Assembly (NCBI GenBank): GCA_963699755.1
Contig: CAVOVB010000003.1
Span: forward strand, 320,001 to 384,000
Length of the DNA: 64,000 nt
From: an uncultured delta proteobacterium
GTDB taxonomy: Bacteria; Myxococcota_A; Polyangia; Polyangiales; Houyiibacteriaceae
Direction: 5' to 3'
This document shows, piece by piece, positions 46,946-56,484 of this stretch. The stretch's first letter is position 1, and every line of letters starts with the position of its first letter. The notes beneath the pieces are model-generated. The model was not told the DNA's origin. It was given only the letters and a program-made list of their open reading frames with translations, and did no database searches. Both the position numbers and the translations under genes were made by a program.

Positions 46946-48364
46946 ATGCGAGAGACTTGGAACGCGGCCCGAGTTGGCCTGATGGTGGTTCTAGGACTGA
47001 TCGTCACCTACGCCGTCTATCGCTACGTCGACGAGCGATCATCGACGGAATCCGGCTATGGGGTGTACGCATACTTCGACGACGTTCAGGGGCTGGTTGC
47101 AAAGTCTCGAGTTCTGGTGGCCGGTATTCCCGTGGGCTACATTTCCTCGATCCGGCTCGAAGGCACCCGCGCTCGAGTTGACCTCCGCATCGAAGGGCAC
47201 GTGACGCTCTACGATGATGCTCGAGTGACGATGCGAAGCCTCTCACTGCTCGGGGAACGGGCATTGGTTCTCCAGCCGGGGACCCCCGGACTACCCGTGA
47301 TTCCGGACGGAGGTCAGATCCGTGGCACCGAGCAAGGGGTCCAGACCGATGACATCATGGTTACGGTCAATGACATCGCTCAGAGCGTGAAGAAGATCAC
47401 GGCGCAAATGGAACGGGCGTTTGGGACCGAGGAAGCCGGCGACCGAATGGAGAGCGCGCTTCGCAACCTCAGTGATGCGCTAGAAAACATCAAAGAGGTC
47501 ACCGACGAGGCGGGTCCGCGAATCGTTCGTATCATGGAAAACGTCGAGCTCGCCACCGGCGATCTGAGCGACATCATTCACAATCGAAGAGGCGACATCG
47601 ATCGCGGTGTGGCCGAAGTCGACGATACCATCGCGTCGATTCATCGCGCTGCGGAGCAACTCAACGAGGTGCTCGCGGACGTGAAAGAGGTCACGGGCCG
47701 GACGGCGCGAGGCGAGGGCAGCATCGGACGACTCACTCAGGACGAAGCACTGATCGACGAAGTCGAAGGTGTCGCCGAGGGCTTGAACAGCTTCGTCGGC
47801 GGCCTTAACAGGCTCCAGACCATCGTGGGGCTCAGAAGCGAGTACTATGCGCTGGCGAACGCCTTCAAGACCTACTTCTCAATTTACTTGCAACCCCGTG
47901 AAGGACGTTATTTTCTCTTCCAAGCGATCGATGACCCGCGAGGATCGGTCAGTGTGTCGGAGAGCGTGATTCGCCAGAGTCCCCCGCCGACTTTCTATCC
48001 GAACGAGTACAAGCAAACCGTCGTCTCGCGGTCAAATCGGCTCAGATTCTCCGCAGAGTTCGGCAAAACAATCTCCTTTGCGACCTTTCGTTTCGGCATC
48101 ATCGAGTCGAGTGGCGGCCTCGGCTTGGACCTCAAATTCGTCCAAGATCGCCTGGAGATCAATACCGACCTCTTCGAGTTCGGTCGGAGAATCTATCCGC
48201 GGCTCAGAATTCGCGCAGGATTCGAGATCATCCGCCGATTCTCGCTCGTCGCCGGGATCGACGATGTGATCAACGGCGGACGTGACTATTTTTTCGGCCT
48301 CCAATTGCGCTTCGACGACCAGGACCTGAAGCCATTGATCCCGTTCGCGACCGGGGCGATATGA
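46946..48364 (+). CDS. MCE/MlaD-family protein with long helical region and C-terminal beta-rich domain
   Basis: N-terminal TM; GL...SRV.VAGIPVG, SLLGE MCE motifs; heptad helices; GSIGRL; beta-strand C-terminus. Confidence 0.85.
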   Translation: MRETWNAARVGLMVVLGLIVTYAVYRYVDERSSTESGYGVYAYFDDVQGLVAKSRVLVAGIPVGYISSIRLEGTRARVDLRIEGHVTLYDDARVTMRSLSLLGERALVLQPGTPGLPVIPDGGQIRGTEQGVQTDDIMVTVNDIAQSVKKITAQMERAFGTEEAGDRMESALRNLSDALENIKEVTDEAGPRIVRIMENVELATGDLSDIIHNRRGDIDRGVAEVDDTIASIHRAAEQLNEVLADVKEVTGRTARGEGSIGRLTQDEALIDEVEGVAEGLNSFVGGLNRLQTIVGLRSEYYALANAFKTYFSIYLQPREGRYFLFQAIDDPRGSVSVSESVIRQSPPPTFYPNEYKQTVVSRSNRLRFSAEFGKTISFATFRFGIIESSGGLGLDLKFVQDRLEINTDLFEFGRRIYPRLRIRAGFEIIRRFSLVAGIDDVINGGRDYFFGLQLRFDDQDLKPLIPFATGAI

Positions 48365-49176
48365 GTAGCATAGCGCAAGGCGCTGGTGCCGTGGTGAAGT
48401 CGCCCGTTGGGTTCGGGCGAGGCTTGTCGTACGCGCTTCGGGGCATGCGCTTCGTCTACTTTCAGCATCCCAAGCTCGCTCGATACTGGCTGTTCCCCGT
48501 CCTCATTACCGGGTTCGCGCTGCTGGCGGTCTTCTACGGCGCGGGCAGCTACAGCGAAGACGTCGGCGGAGCGCTCTGGTCGCTGTTCCCGGAGAGCTGG
48601 AACGAGGTGAGCGGTTGGGTCGGCGGCTTGCTGAACGCGTTACGCTGGGTCGTCGAGCTGATCGCCGCAATCCTCATCGTCCTGCTCGGCTTGGTATTGG
48701 TCTTTCTCTTGTCGAGTGTGGTGGCTGCTCCGTTCAACGACGCGCTCAGCGAGGCGGTGGAACAGATCCTGACTGGCAAGCCTGCGCCGCCGTTCTCACT
48801 AGGTCGGATGCTTGCTGACATCGTGCGAACGGTTCGGCTCGAGCTCGGTAAGGCGTTGCTCTATGTCGCCGTCGTGGGGCCGATGTTCCTAGCCTCGTTC
48901 TTCATCCCCGGACTGGGCCAGGTCATCTCACTCGTGGGGTTCGCGCTCACAGCGGTCTATCTGGGGATTGACTACGTCGATTGGCCCGCTGCCCGGCGCG
49001 ATTGGTCGGTCGGGGATCGCGTCGCGTTCACTCGCCGCCAGCTGCCCGCCGTTGCTGGCTTTGGGACCGGTGTCTGGGTCCTCCTCTTCATCCCGCTGGT
49101 GAATCTGCTCTTCATGCCGGCAGCCGTAGCGGGCGGCACCATCCTCTTCGTTGAGCTCCAACCAGCCGAAAAATAG
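48361..49176 (+). CDS. EI24/CysZ-like membrane protein
   Basis: VVAAPFNDALSEAVE, DYVDWP, FIPLVNL..PAAVAGGT. Confidence 0.75.
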   Translation: MSSIAQGAGAVVKSPVGFGRGLSYALRGMRFVYFQHPKLARYWLFPVLITGFALLAVFYGAGSYSEDVGGALWSLFPESWNEVSGWVGGLLNALRWVVELIAAILIVLLGLVLVFLLSSVVAAPFNDALSEAVEQILTGKPAPPFSLGRMLADIVRTVRLELGKALLYVAVVGPMFLASFFIPGLGQVISLVGFALTAVYLGIDYVDWPAARRDWSVGDRVAFTRRQLPAVAGFGTGVWVLLFIPLVNLLFMPAAVAGGTILFVELQPAEK

Positions 49177-49243
49177 AACGTTTTCTGGCTTTTTGTCGGC
49201 AGGGTCGGCTCGGTGCTAACGTGTGGGAGAGGTGGAATTGCTT

Positions 49244-50074
49244 ATGCGACGTTCATCGTATGGGGTGTTCTTGGTGGCGGTTGGATGGCTCCTTGGCTCG
49301 GGCGTTTTCGCCGACACGGGGTTGGCTAGCGCCAGTTCGCCGAGCGCGCTCGAGCAATCCATGGGCGACATCGAATGGGGTTGGTCGCCGAAGCAGGTCT
49401 ATCGCCACCTGAAGAAGCATATCGAAGCCTCGTATCAGGAGCCGATATCACAAACCACTGACGCGATCGAAGAGGACCGACTTCGCCACAAGATGGCCGA
49501 AGAGGCTCGTGCGATTCGCGATTCGTACCTGGAGTTCGACGGCACACCATCTGCGTACGACTCCGGCTATTTGAAAGGTGAGTTCACTCACAATAACGGC
49601 GAATCGTTGCTGCGGGTCCGAACGGAGAACACCCAAGATTTCTTCTTCTTCATCAATGATCGTCTGTGGAAGAGATACCGGGCGTTCGATGCCTCGGTGT
49701 TCGAAGGCGCGAGCTTCAGCGACTTCGGCAACGCCCTTCAGCAGCGCTATGGCAAGGCGAAAAAGAAAAACGGCGTCGTGACGCCCGGCACAGCGTCCAC
49801 GCAATGGTATGAGTGGAAAGAGCCCCGGGTTCTTGCTCGCGCCGTGGACAACAACGAATTCTATGGCTTCTATTGCCTGATCCTCGAAGATCCGAAAACC
49901 GTTGCGCAGCTCAGTAGGCTTCGGAAAAACAAACCGGACGTGGCCGAGTCTGGCGGCGGCTTGGTCGAAATGGTCGCTGACGAGAGCAACGGGGATCAGA
50001 ACGCCGACATCGCTGACCGCATCACCGGCGAAATCCGACGTCAGGACCGCCCCGACGTCGTCGACAAGCACTAG
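49244..50074 (+). CDS. Hypothetical secreted protein
   Basis: Signal peptide; WGWSP.QV and YG motifs; RBS GGAGAGG; genome-like codon usage. Confidence 0.7.
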   Translation: MRRSSYGVFLVAVGWLLGSGVFADTGLASASSPSALEQSMGDIEWGWSPKQVYRHLKKHIEASYQEPISQTTDAIEEDRLRHKMAEEARAIRDSYLEFDGTPSAYDSGYLKGEFTHNNGESLLRVRTENTQDFFFFINDRLWKRYRAFDASVFEGASFSDFGNALQQRYGKAKKKNGVVTPGTASTQWYEWKEPRVLARAVDNNEFYGFYCLILEDPKTVAQLSRLRKNKPDVAESGGGLVEMVADESNGDQNADIADRITGEIRRQDRPDVVDKH

Positions 50075-50151
50075 GGCCGACGTAGGTTAGGGTAGGCTTT
50101 ACACCGCCCCCATCTCGCAGGTACGCTGGTGAGTCCTGAAGGGGTCCGAGC

Positions 50152-50940
50152 TTGCGATATCGTCTGCGATTGCACCTACAAGAGTTCGACCTGATCGGTG
50201 ACGAGATCATCGTCGGCCGGGGCTCGATGGGCCAAGTCACCATCGACGATCCGATGCTCTCGCGCCGGCATATTCGAATCGACCTGACGGGTCCGGAGCC
50301 CACGCTCGAAGATCTGCAAAGCCGAAACGGCACCCAGCTCAACGGGTGTCCGCTGGTCGGTCGTGCCTTTTTGGCGGACGGCGACCGAATCCGCATCGGG
50401 ACCCAGGAGTTGCTCTTCCTCGCGCCCAAGAGCGTTGCCAAAAACGACCGAAACACCAGTGCCCTTCGCTTCTGCGAGGGCTGCGCGATTCCGTATCCGA
50501 GCAGGAGCCCACACTGCCCACATTGCGGCGCAGTTCCAAACCGGGAAGGCGTGAGCACCGCGGTGCGCGACGTCGCGGCTTCCGGTTGGACATTCCACCT
50601 ACTTTCCCAAGTGGTGACCCGCGCCATCGAGCAACAGCGCCTGACCGATGCCGAGCGGATGATGTCTCGGGGGATCTCCGAGCTCGATCAGCAACTCGAT
50701 ACCGGCGTTGAGGTCGAATCGGGTCGGGTGCTCGGGGTCGCCGAGTGTTCGGTTCGACTGGGCTGCGCGCTGCGGAGTGCTCGCTGGCTAGAGATCGGAG
50801 CGCGACTGTACCGTCGCGGCGGGCAGCCGCCCTCGCGCGAAGTGCTTGCTCTGGTCGATCGCTTACCGATGGACGGGCGTCTGGCCGATGCGATCAGCGC
50901 GTTGCGTCACACTGGGCCGGAAACGCGCCGAGCCGGGTGA
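50152..50940 (+). CDS. FHA-domain protein with zinc ribbon
   Basis: VGRG, LSRRH, DLQSRNGT.LNG; CEGC..CPHC. Confidence 0.8.
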   Translation: MRYRLRLHLQEFDLIGDEIIVGRGSMGQVTIDDPMLSRRHIRIDLTGPEPTLEDLQSRNGTQLNGCPLVGRAFLADGDRIRIGTQELLFLAPKSVAKNDRNTSALRFCEGCAIPYPSRSPHCPHCGAVPNREGVSTAVRDVAASGWTFHLLSQVVTRAIEQQRLTDAERMMSRGISELDQQLDTGVEVESGRVLGVAECSVRLGCALRSARWLEIGARLYRRGGQPPSREVLALVDRLPMDGRLADAISALRHTGPETRRAG

Positions 50941-50945
50941 GCGGC

Positions 50946-51866
50946 TTAGTTCGCGGAAATGACTTGTTCCAGTCCTTCGAGCCGCTGGACGAGAAACCGT
51001 TCGGATGCGCCGTAGCCCGGCGAGTGGTTCTTGATGACGCTCAGGTACGCACGAAGATACCCGGTCTTGGAGTATTTGTGCGCTCGAACGAGATCATGGA
51101 GAGCCTCGATGGTTTCCGCTTCCATCAGTCGACCCGTCGCGGTGTGAACACGAAACACCCAATCGATCCAGCGGGTATGGCGAAGCCCCTGCGCGAGTTG
51201 CAGTGCATAGCCGGTCGCCCCTGCGAAAAGCGCGTCGGGATCGTCCTTCTCCGATTCGCTCAGTGGGCGGTGCGCCATTGCCCGTTCCAGAATCGTGTCG
51301 AGGTGTGGAAGGAGCATTCGCTCCGCTTCCTCGAGCCGGCCCATGGCGATCGCTTTGCTCGCAATGCCTGCGATCACGTCGAGTGCGCGCTGTGTTCTGG
51401 TGTCTTCGGCGCCCCAAGCATGGGAGCTCGAATCGACGCTGCGTTTACTGGCGATCGTCTGTGTGGCGTCGGAGCTCAGACGCTTACCACAGTCGCCACA
51501 GCGGCGCTTCGCCGAGCCGTTGATCGCGCCACAGGACTCGCAGACGACATAGTCGGCAGTCTCCGTCGCACCGCTTCTCACTTTGGCAGCGTCGATGAGC
51601 ACCAGCTCCTGCGCGCCGATGTACACGCGGTCCATGTGCTCCAAACGGCGAGGACCGTTGATGCGTACACCGTTGACCGCGACCCCGTTGCGGCTGTTGA
51701 GATCTTCGACGACGACCGCATCCGGCCCCACGTGAAACGTGGCGTGCTTGCGAGACACCAATCCGTCCGCCAGCGCAAGGTTGCAGGACGAGCTTCGACC
51801 GATCGCAAATTCCCCGAGAGGCATTTCCATGTTGGTCGACTGATATCGCAGTCTAAAGCGTGGCAC
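50946..51866 (-). CDS. FHA-domain protein with zinc ribbon (paralog of the convergent gene)
   Basis: IGRS, VSRKH, DLNSRNGV.VNG; CESC..CGDC; start inferred at GTG 51866. Confidence 0.8.
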   Translation of the reverse strand: MPRFRLRYQSTNMEMPLGEFAIGRSSSCNLALADGLVSRKHATFHVGPDAVVVEDLNSRNGVAVNGVRINGPRRLEHMDRVYIGAQELVLIDAAKVRSGATETADYVVCESCGAINGSAKRRCGDCGKRLSSDATQTIASKRSVDSSSHAWGAEDTRTQRALDVIAGIASKAIAMGRLEEAERMLLPHLDTILERAMAHRPLSESEKDDPDALFAGATGYALQLAQGLRHTRWIDWVFRVHTATGRLMEAETIEALHDLVRAHKYSKTGYLRAYLSVIKNHSPGYGASERFLVQRLEGLEQVISAN

Positions 51867-51951
51867 CCCAGTCAGCAGTTTAGCAGTTGGAGCGCCTGCA
51901 GGTCGAATGAAGTGCGAGTGAAAGCTCTCGAGACCGCATTGGAGATTTCGC

Positions 51952-53073
51952 TCAGAGGCTAGCGATTTCCTTGAGGCCCGCGATGGCCCCCAGTGCCTTT
52001 TCGAGGCCACCCTGGGTCTCGAGCGTCGCGTCCATGAGGCGTCCAAGCTCGGCCAAGTCACGCCGGTACGTGGCGAAGGCGTTCCTTCGCTCGCCGAGCA
52101 CTCCGGTCGATTGGTCGGGATTGGTCAGAATCACGTAGTTGCTCGCGTTCTGGCGCAAGTCCTGGCCCAGGTAGAGCTCTTTTTCGAAGGGCTTGCTACC
52201 CCGCGTCGCGCGGACCTTGAGCTTCTTCGTGTCGGCCCCCATGTCTGCGGGCATGTCGACGTACACCAGTCCACAACGAAAACCGCCTTCGCCGAGCGTT
52301 GGTACGCAGCCGGTCGGGCTGGAAGTCAGAGCGGTTTCATCCTGGGCCGCCTCGTCCAACTCGGCGCGCCGCGATGGCGGAAGAACCCTCACGGCAAGGC
52401 TGTCGAACTTGTCCCAAAGCTCGCCGACCTGGCGTGCGTAGAGGAACAAGGCGTTGACCGTCTCGGCATTGAACTTCGTGTAGTTGAGCCCCGTGAAATT
52501 TGCGGCCGTGAATGGAGTAGGCAGGGTCCTCAATTGTTCGATCGCTTCGTAGTCGACCGAAGGACCTTCTCCCGGCCGAGATTTGGCAGCGTCGGTCGCC
52601 CGGTTGAGGAGGCGCTTGGCTTCCGCGACCTGATCAGCCGCCGTGCGAACGCCCTCGTACACGACCTTCCCATCGCGGACGGCCAGATTATACGCGCTGC
52701 GCTTGCTCATGACTGTCGTTGCGAGAACCCCCAAGAACAGGCCGAGCAGCGCTGCTCCGATGCCGCTCATCAACATCAGTTTGCGAACGCGCCGGTTCTT
52801 GCCTTCGTGCGCGGTCGCCACGGCCTCTTCGTCGACGACGATGCGCACTTCCTGACGCGCGGTTGCCGCTGTGCTCGCACCTCCAAACGGACCGGACCGT
52901 TTCGCAGCCTGGCCTCCAACGAAGCCCGGCGGCGGCGCGACACCTCCGAGCGTCGGTGGCGGCGGTGCAACACCTCCCGCATCAACGCCTGCCGGCGGCG
53001 GGGGAGCCGTGTTCCGGCCGAGTCGCTCGCGAATATCGCGGACTTTCTTGGATTTTTGGAGTTCTTCTGACAT
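51952..53073 (-). CDS. Hypothetical bitopic membrane protein
   Basis: Pro/Gly-rich N-terminus, TM, helical periplasmic region with Cys pair; GAGGA RBS before ATG 53073. Confidence 0.7.
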   Translation of the reverse strand: MSEELQKSKKVRDIRERLGRNTAPPPPAGVDAGGVAPPPPTLGGVAPPPGFVGGQAAKRSGPFGGASTAATARQEVRIVVDEEAVATAHEGKNRRVRKLMLMSGIGAALLGLFLGVLATTVMSKRSAYNLAVRDGKVVYEGVRTAADQVAEAKRLLNRATDAAKSRPGEGPSVDYEAIEQLRTLPTPFTAANFTGLNYTKFNAETVNALFLYARQVGELWDKFDSLAVRVLPPSRRAELDEAAQDETALTSSPTGCVPTLGEGGFRCGLVYVDMPADMGADTKKLKVRATRGSKPFEKELYLGQDLRQNASNYVILTNPDQSTGVLGERRNAFATYRRDLAELGRLMDATLETQGGLEKALGAIAGLKEIASL

Positions 53074-53087
53074 TTTCAGCTTCCTCA

Positions 53088-53117
53088 AATTTATCCGTCC
53101 AAGACCGATCCTGTCAA
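53088..53117 (-). promoter_or_regulatory. Putative sigma70 promoter
   Basis: Consensus TTGACA-18 nt-TAAATT upstream of ATG 53073. Confidence 0.6.
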
Positions 53118-53161
53118 GGCAAGCGCCAAGAAGCCGCCCCTGATAGGCTTCACCACTTGCC

Positions 53162-54058
53162 ATGATGCCACCTCCAGTCGAGGAACGCCGCTTTGTGTCC
53201 TTTGATGGCACTGAAATCGCCTACCAGGCGCTCGGCCAGGGACGCCCGATCTTGCTGTGCAACGGCCTCGGTGGGGGTTGGGAGGCCTGGAGTCACCAAA
53301 TCCACTACTTCCGGGATCGGTACCGCCTTCTGTCCTGGGACTACCGGAGCCTCTACGGCTCTTCCGCGCCGGCGGACCCGGACGCGGTCCGGATCGCCGA
53401 TCATGCGCGGGACGCCCTCTGCCTACTAGGAGAAGAAGGTGCGGAGCGCGCTGCCATCTTCGGCTGGTCGATGGGTGTTCAGGTCGCGCTCGAGATGTTT
53501 CGCTATGCCCCAGAACGGGTCGCATCGCTCGCGTTTCTCAACGGCGTGGCTGGGCGGCCCTGGGACTATTTCTTCAATTTGAATCTGGTTGGGCGCCTCC
53601 TGCCGCCAATTCTTCGGGGCCTACGTTCGATGCCTCGTACGATTCAGACAGTGGTGCGGCAGGCGACGCGCGTCCCCGAGGCCGGGGCCTGGGTGAAGAG
53701 AATCGGATTGGCAGCTGGCACGCTCGATGAGCAGTTGGCCAACGAGATCATCCACGAGCTGCGCATCCTCGACATGGACAAGTTCATTCGTCTTCTGGAG
53801 CGAATGGGGGAGCACGACGGATGGGACCTGCTCCCGATCATCGATGTGCCGACCTTGATCATCGCCGGCACCCGTGACGTCTTCACGCCCCGGTCCGCCG
53901 CGGAACGCATGGCCAGACGCATTCCGGGGTCGGAGATCATGCTGCTTCCCGGGGCCACACACTACGCAGCCTTGGAGTACCCGGAGATGGTCAACCTCAG
54001 GCTCGAGAAGTTCCTGAGAGAGCGTGGCTACGAGCCGGCACCGACGGGGGCTGGTTGA
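53162..54058 (+). CDS. Alpha/beta-fold hydrolase
   Basis: NGLGG, WDYR, nucleophile GWSMG, GTRD, catalytic H in GATHY. Confidence 0.88.
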   Translation: MMPPPVEERRFVSFDGTEIAYQALGQGRPILLCNGLGGGWEAWSHQIHYFRDRYRLLSWDYRSLYGSSAPADPDAVRIADHARDALCLLGEEGAERAAIFGWSMGVQVALEMFRYAPERVASLAFLNGVAGRPWDYFFNLNLVGRLLPPILRGLRSMPRTIQTVVRQATRVPEAGAWVKRIGLAAGTLDEQLANEIIHELRILDMDKFIRLLERMGEHDGWDLLPIIDVPTLIIAGTRDVFTPRSAAERMARRIPGSEIMLLPGATHYAALEYPEMVNLRLEKFLRERGYEPAPTGAG

Positions 54059-54092
54059 CGTGCTTTGGGCGAGCCGCTAGCGATCGACCGCA

Positions 54093-54677
54093 ATGATTCT
54101 CGTGATCGACAACTACGATTCCTTCACTTACAACCTCGTGCAGTACTTGAGCGAGCTTGGGGCCGAGGTCATGGTTCAACGCAATGATGCGATGACCGTC
54201 CAGGAGATCCACGAGCTCCGGCCGAGCGGAGTGCTGATCAGCCCCGGTCCCGGAAGACCCGAAGAGGCGGGGGTCAGCCTCGAGCTGATCGCAAAGCTCG
54301 GGTCGTCGACGCCAATCTTTGGCGTCTGTCTGGGGCATCAGAGCATCGCCCAGCATTTCGGCGCCTCCGTCGTGCGGGCCGAGCGGCTGATGCATGGACG
54401 CACCTCCGAGATCCTTCACGAAGGCCGCGGCGTCTTCGAGAATCTGCCGAGCCCGCTCACCGCGACCCGCTACCATTCGTTGATCGTGAACCGAGATACG
54501 ATTCCCGATCTGCTGGAGGTTACTGCCTGGACCGAAGAGGACGAAGTCATGGGAATTCGTCATCGCGAGCTCCCTATCGAGGGAGTACAGTTCCATCCGG
54601 AATCGTTCCTGACCGAGCATGGGCACGACCTGATTCGCAACTGGCTGTCTTCGCTCCCGGCGCGGGGAACATCGTGA
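54093..54677 (+). CDS. trpG: Anthranilate synthase component II / PabA-type glutamine amidotransferase
   Basis: [34 protein letters not shown]; co-operonic with trpD and trpC. Confidence 0.92.
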   Translation: MILVIDNYDSFTYNLVQYLSELGAEVMVQRNDAMTVQEIHELRPSGVLISPGPGRPEEAGVSLELIAKLGSSTPIFGVCLGHQSIAQHFGASVVRAERLMHGRTSEILHEGRGVFENLPSPLTATRYHSLIVNRDTIPDLLEVTAWTEEDEVMGIRHRELPIEGVQFHPESFLTEHGHDLIRNWLSSLPARGTS

Positions 54678-55690
54678 TCTCGAATGCAATCAAACAAGTC
54701 ATCGCTGGTCACGACTTGTCTCCTCGCGACGTCGAGGCCGCAATGGATCAGATCCTCGAGGGAGATGCCTCGGATTCCCAAATCGCGGCGTTCGTCGTCG
54801 CGCTTCGCATGAAGGGCGAGTCGTCGAGCGAGATCGCCGCCGCGGCCCGCTCGCTTCGCAAACACTGCGAGACGATTCGACCGAAGGTCGATGGCCCGCT
54901 TCTCGATACCTGTGGCACGGGAGGCGACGGTCGGGAGACCTTCAACATCTCCACTGCTGCGGCGATTGTGGCGGCCGCCTCTGGAGTCGCGGTTGCAAAG
55001 CACGGAAATCGCGCCGTCTCTTCGAAGGCAGGGAGCGCCGATGTGCTCGAAGCTTTGGGCGTCCGCATTGATCTTTCGCCCCAACGAGTCCTGCAATGCA
55101 TCGAGGAAGTGGGCATCGGTTTCATGTTCGCACCGAGTCACCACGCCGCGATGCGGCACGCGGCGCCGGTGCGCCGCGAGCTTGGCGTCCGCACGCTTTT
55201 CAATTTGCTTGGGCCGCTCTCAAATCCAGCGTCGGCCAGCCACCAGCTGGTCGGTGTCTATGACCCAGCAAGGCTCGAGCAACTGGCTGAGGCACTCGGG
55301 GCCCTCGGCTCGACCGCCGCGTGGGTCGTGCACGGCGAGGGCGGGCTGGATGAGGTTTCCCCCGCGGGCCCTACCGCGGTTGCGCAGTTGGCAAGCGGTG
55401 AGGTCAGCCGCTTTGAAGTCCGCCCTGGCGATTTCGGCCTTGCTGCGGTGCCGATCGAAACGCTTGCCGGTGGAGACGCCGCACGCAACGCAGAGATCAT
55501 TCGTGGCGTCTTGGACGGCCAGCAGGGACCTGCGCGCGTTGCCGTGCTGGTCAACGCGGCAGCGGCGCTGCGGTTGACGGAGCTAGCCGACGATTCGAGG
55601 GTCGCGGCGGAACGGGCCGCCGAGGCAATCGACAACGGAGACGCCAAACGAATGCTCGAGCGCTGGGCGCGTTTCACGCTAAGCACATGA
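54674..55690 (+). CDS. trpD: Anthranilate phosphoribosyltransferase
   Basis: [40 protein letters not shown]. Confidence 0.95.
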   Translation: MISNAIKQVIAGHDLSPRDVEAAMDQILEGDASDSQIAAFVVALRMKGESSSEIAAAARSLRKHCETIRPKVDGPLLDTCGTGGDGRETFNISTAAAIVAAASGVAVAKHGNRAVSSKAGSADVLEALGVRIDLSPQRVLQCIEEVGIGFMFAPSHHAAMRHAAPVRRELGVRTLFNLLGPLSNPASASHQLVGVYDPARLEQLAEALGALGSTAAWVVHGEGGLDEVSPAGPTAVAQLASGEVSRFEVRPGDFGLAAVPIETLAGGDAARNAEIIRGVLDGQQGPARVAVLVNAAAALRLTELADDSRVAAERAAEAIDNGDAKRMLERWARFTLST

Positions 55691-56484
55691 CCGACTACCT
55701 TTCCGCTATTCTCGAGCGCAAGCGACGCGAAAACACGAGGCGCTTGCGTCACGTAGCAGCGATGCAACCCGTTGACCGGCCGCCGCAGCCGGAGCGCTCG
55801 GAGCGCGGAATTCGAGCTTTGCGTCGCGCAGCGGGCGAGCGACCGTCGGTGCTGGCGGAGGTGAAGTTTCGAAGTCCGAGCGCAGGCGAGATTCGGGCCT
55901 CGCGCCCAGGGGAAGGGGTTCGGATCGCACGAAGCTACGAACGCGGGGGGGCGTCGGTCGTCAGCGTTCTGGCTGACGGCCCGGGTTTTGGCGGCTCGCC
56001 ACTACTGGTGAGGCGGATCGCGAACGCGGTGTCCGTGCCGGTGCTCTACAAGGGTTTCGTGCTCGATCCCGTTCAAGTCGACCTCGCCTACGACGTGGGC
56101 GCATCCCTGGTCCTTCTGCTGGTGCGCGCGCTCCGAGATGCAGAGCTCCGAGCGCTCATCGAGCAGATTCGTGCCCTTGGTATGGAGCCCGTCGTGGAGG
56201 CCGCGAGCTCCGCCGAGGTCGAGCGTGCCGTTTCGGTGGGCTCGACCATCGTTGGTGTGAACGCGCGTGATTTGAGCACGTTCCAGGTGGACATGAACGC
56301 GGCGCGCGACTGCGTTGCGCGAATTCCCAGAGACCGCGTCGCGGTATTCATGAGCGGTGTGCGAACGGCAAAGGACTTCCGCGAGATAGCTCAGAGCCGT
56401 GCCGACGCTGTGCTGATCGGCGAAGAGCTCATGCGGGCCGCGGATCCTGGTGCCCGTCTATCTGAGCTCTTGAGGGCGGTCTAA
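55687..56484 (+). CDS. trpC: Indole-3-glycerol phosphate synthase (divergent)
   Basis: AEVKFRSPS.G, SVL, GVNARDL, AVLIGE; operon context. Confidence 0.85.
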   Translation: MTDYLSAILERKRRENTRRLRHVAAMQPVDRPPQPERSERGIRALRRAAGERPSVLAEVKFRSPSAGEIRASRPGEGVRIARSYERGGASVVSVLADGPGFGGSPLLVRRIANAVSVPVLYKGFVLDPVQVDLAYDVGASLVLLLVRALRDAELRALIEQIRALGMEPVVEAASSAEVERAVSVGSTIVGVNARDLSTFQVDMNAARDCVARIPRDRVAVFMSGVRTAKDFREIAQSRADAVLIGEELMRAADPGARLSELLRAV

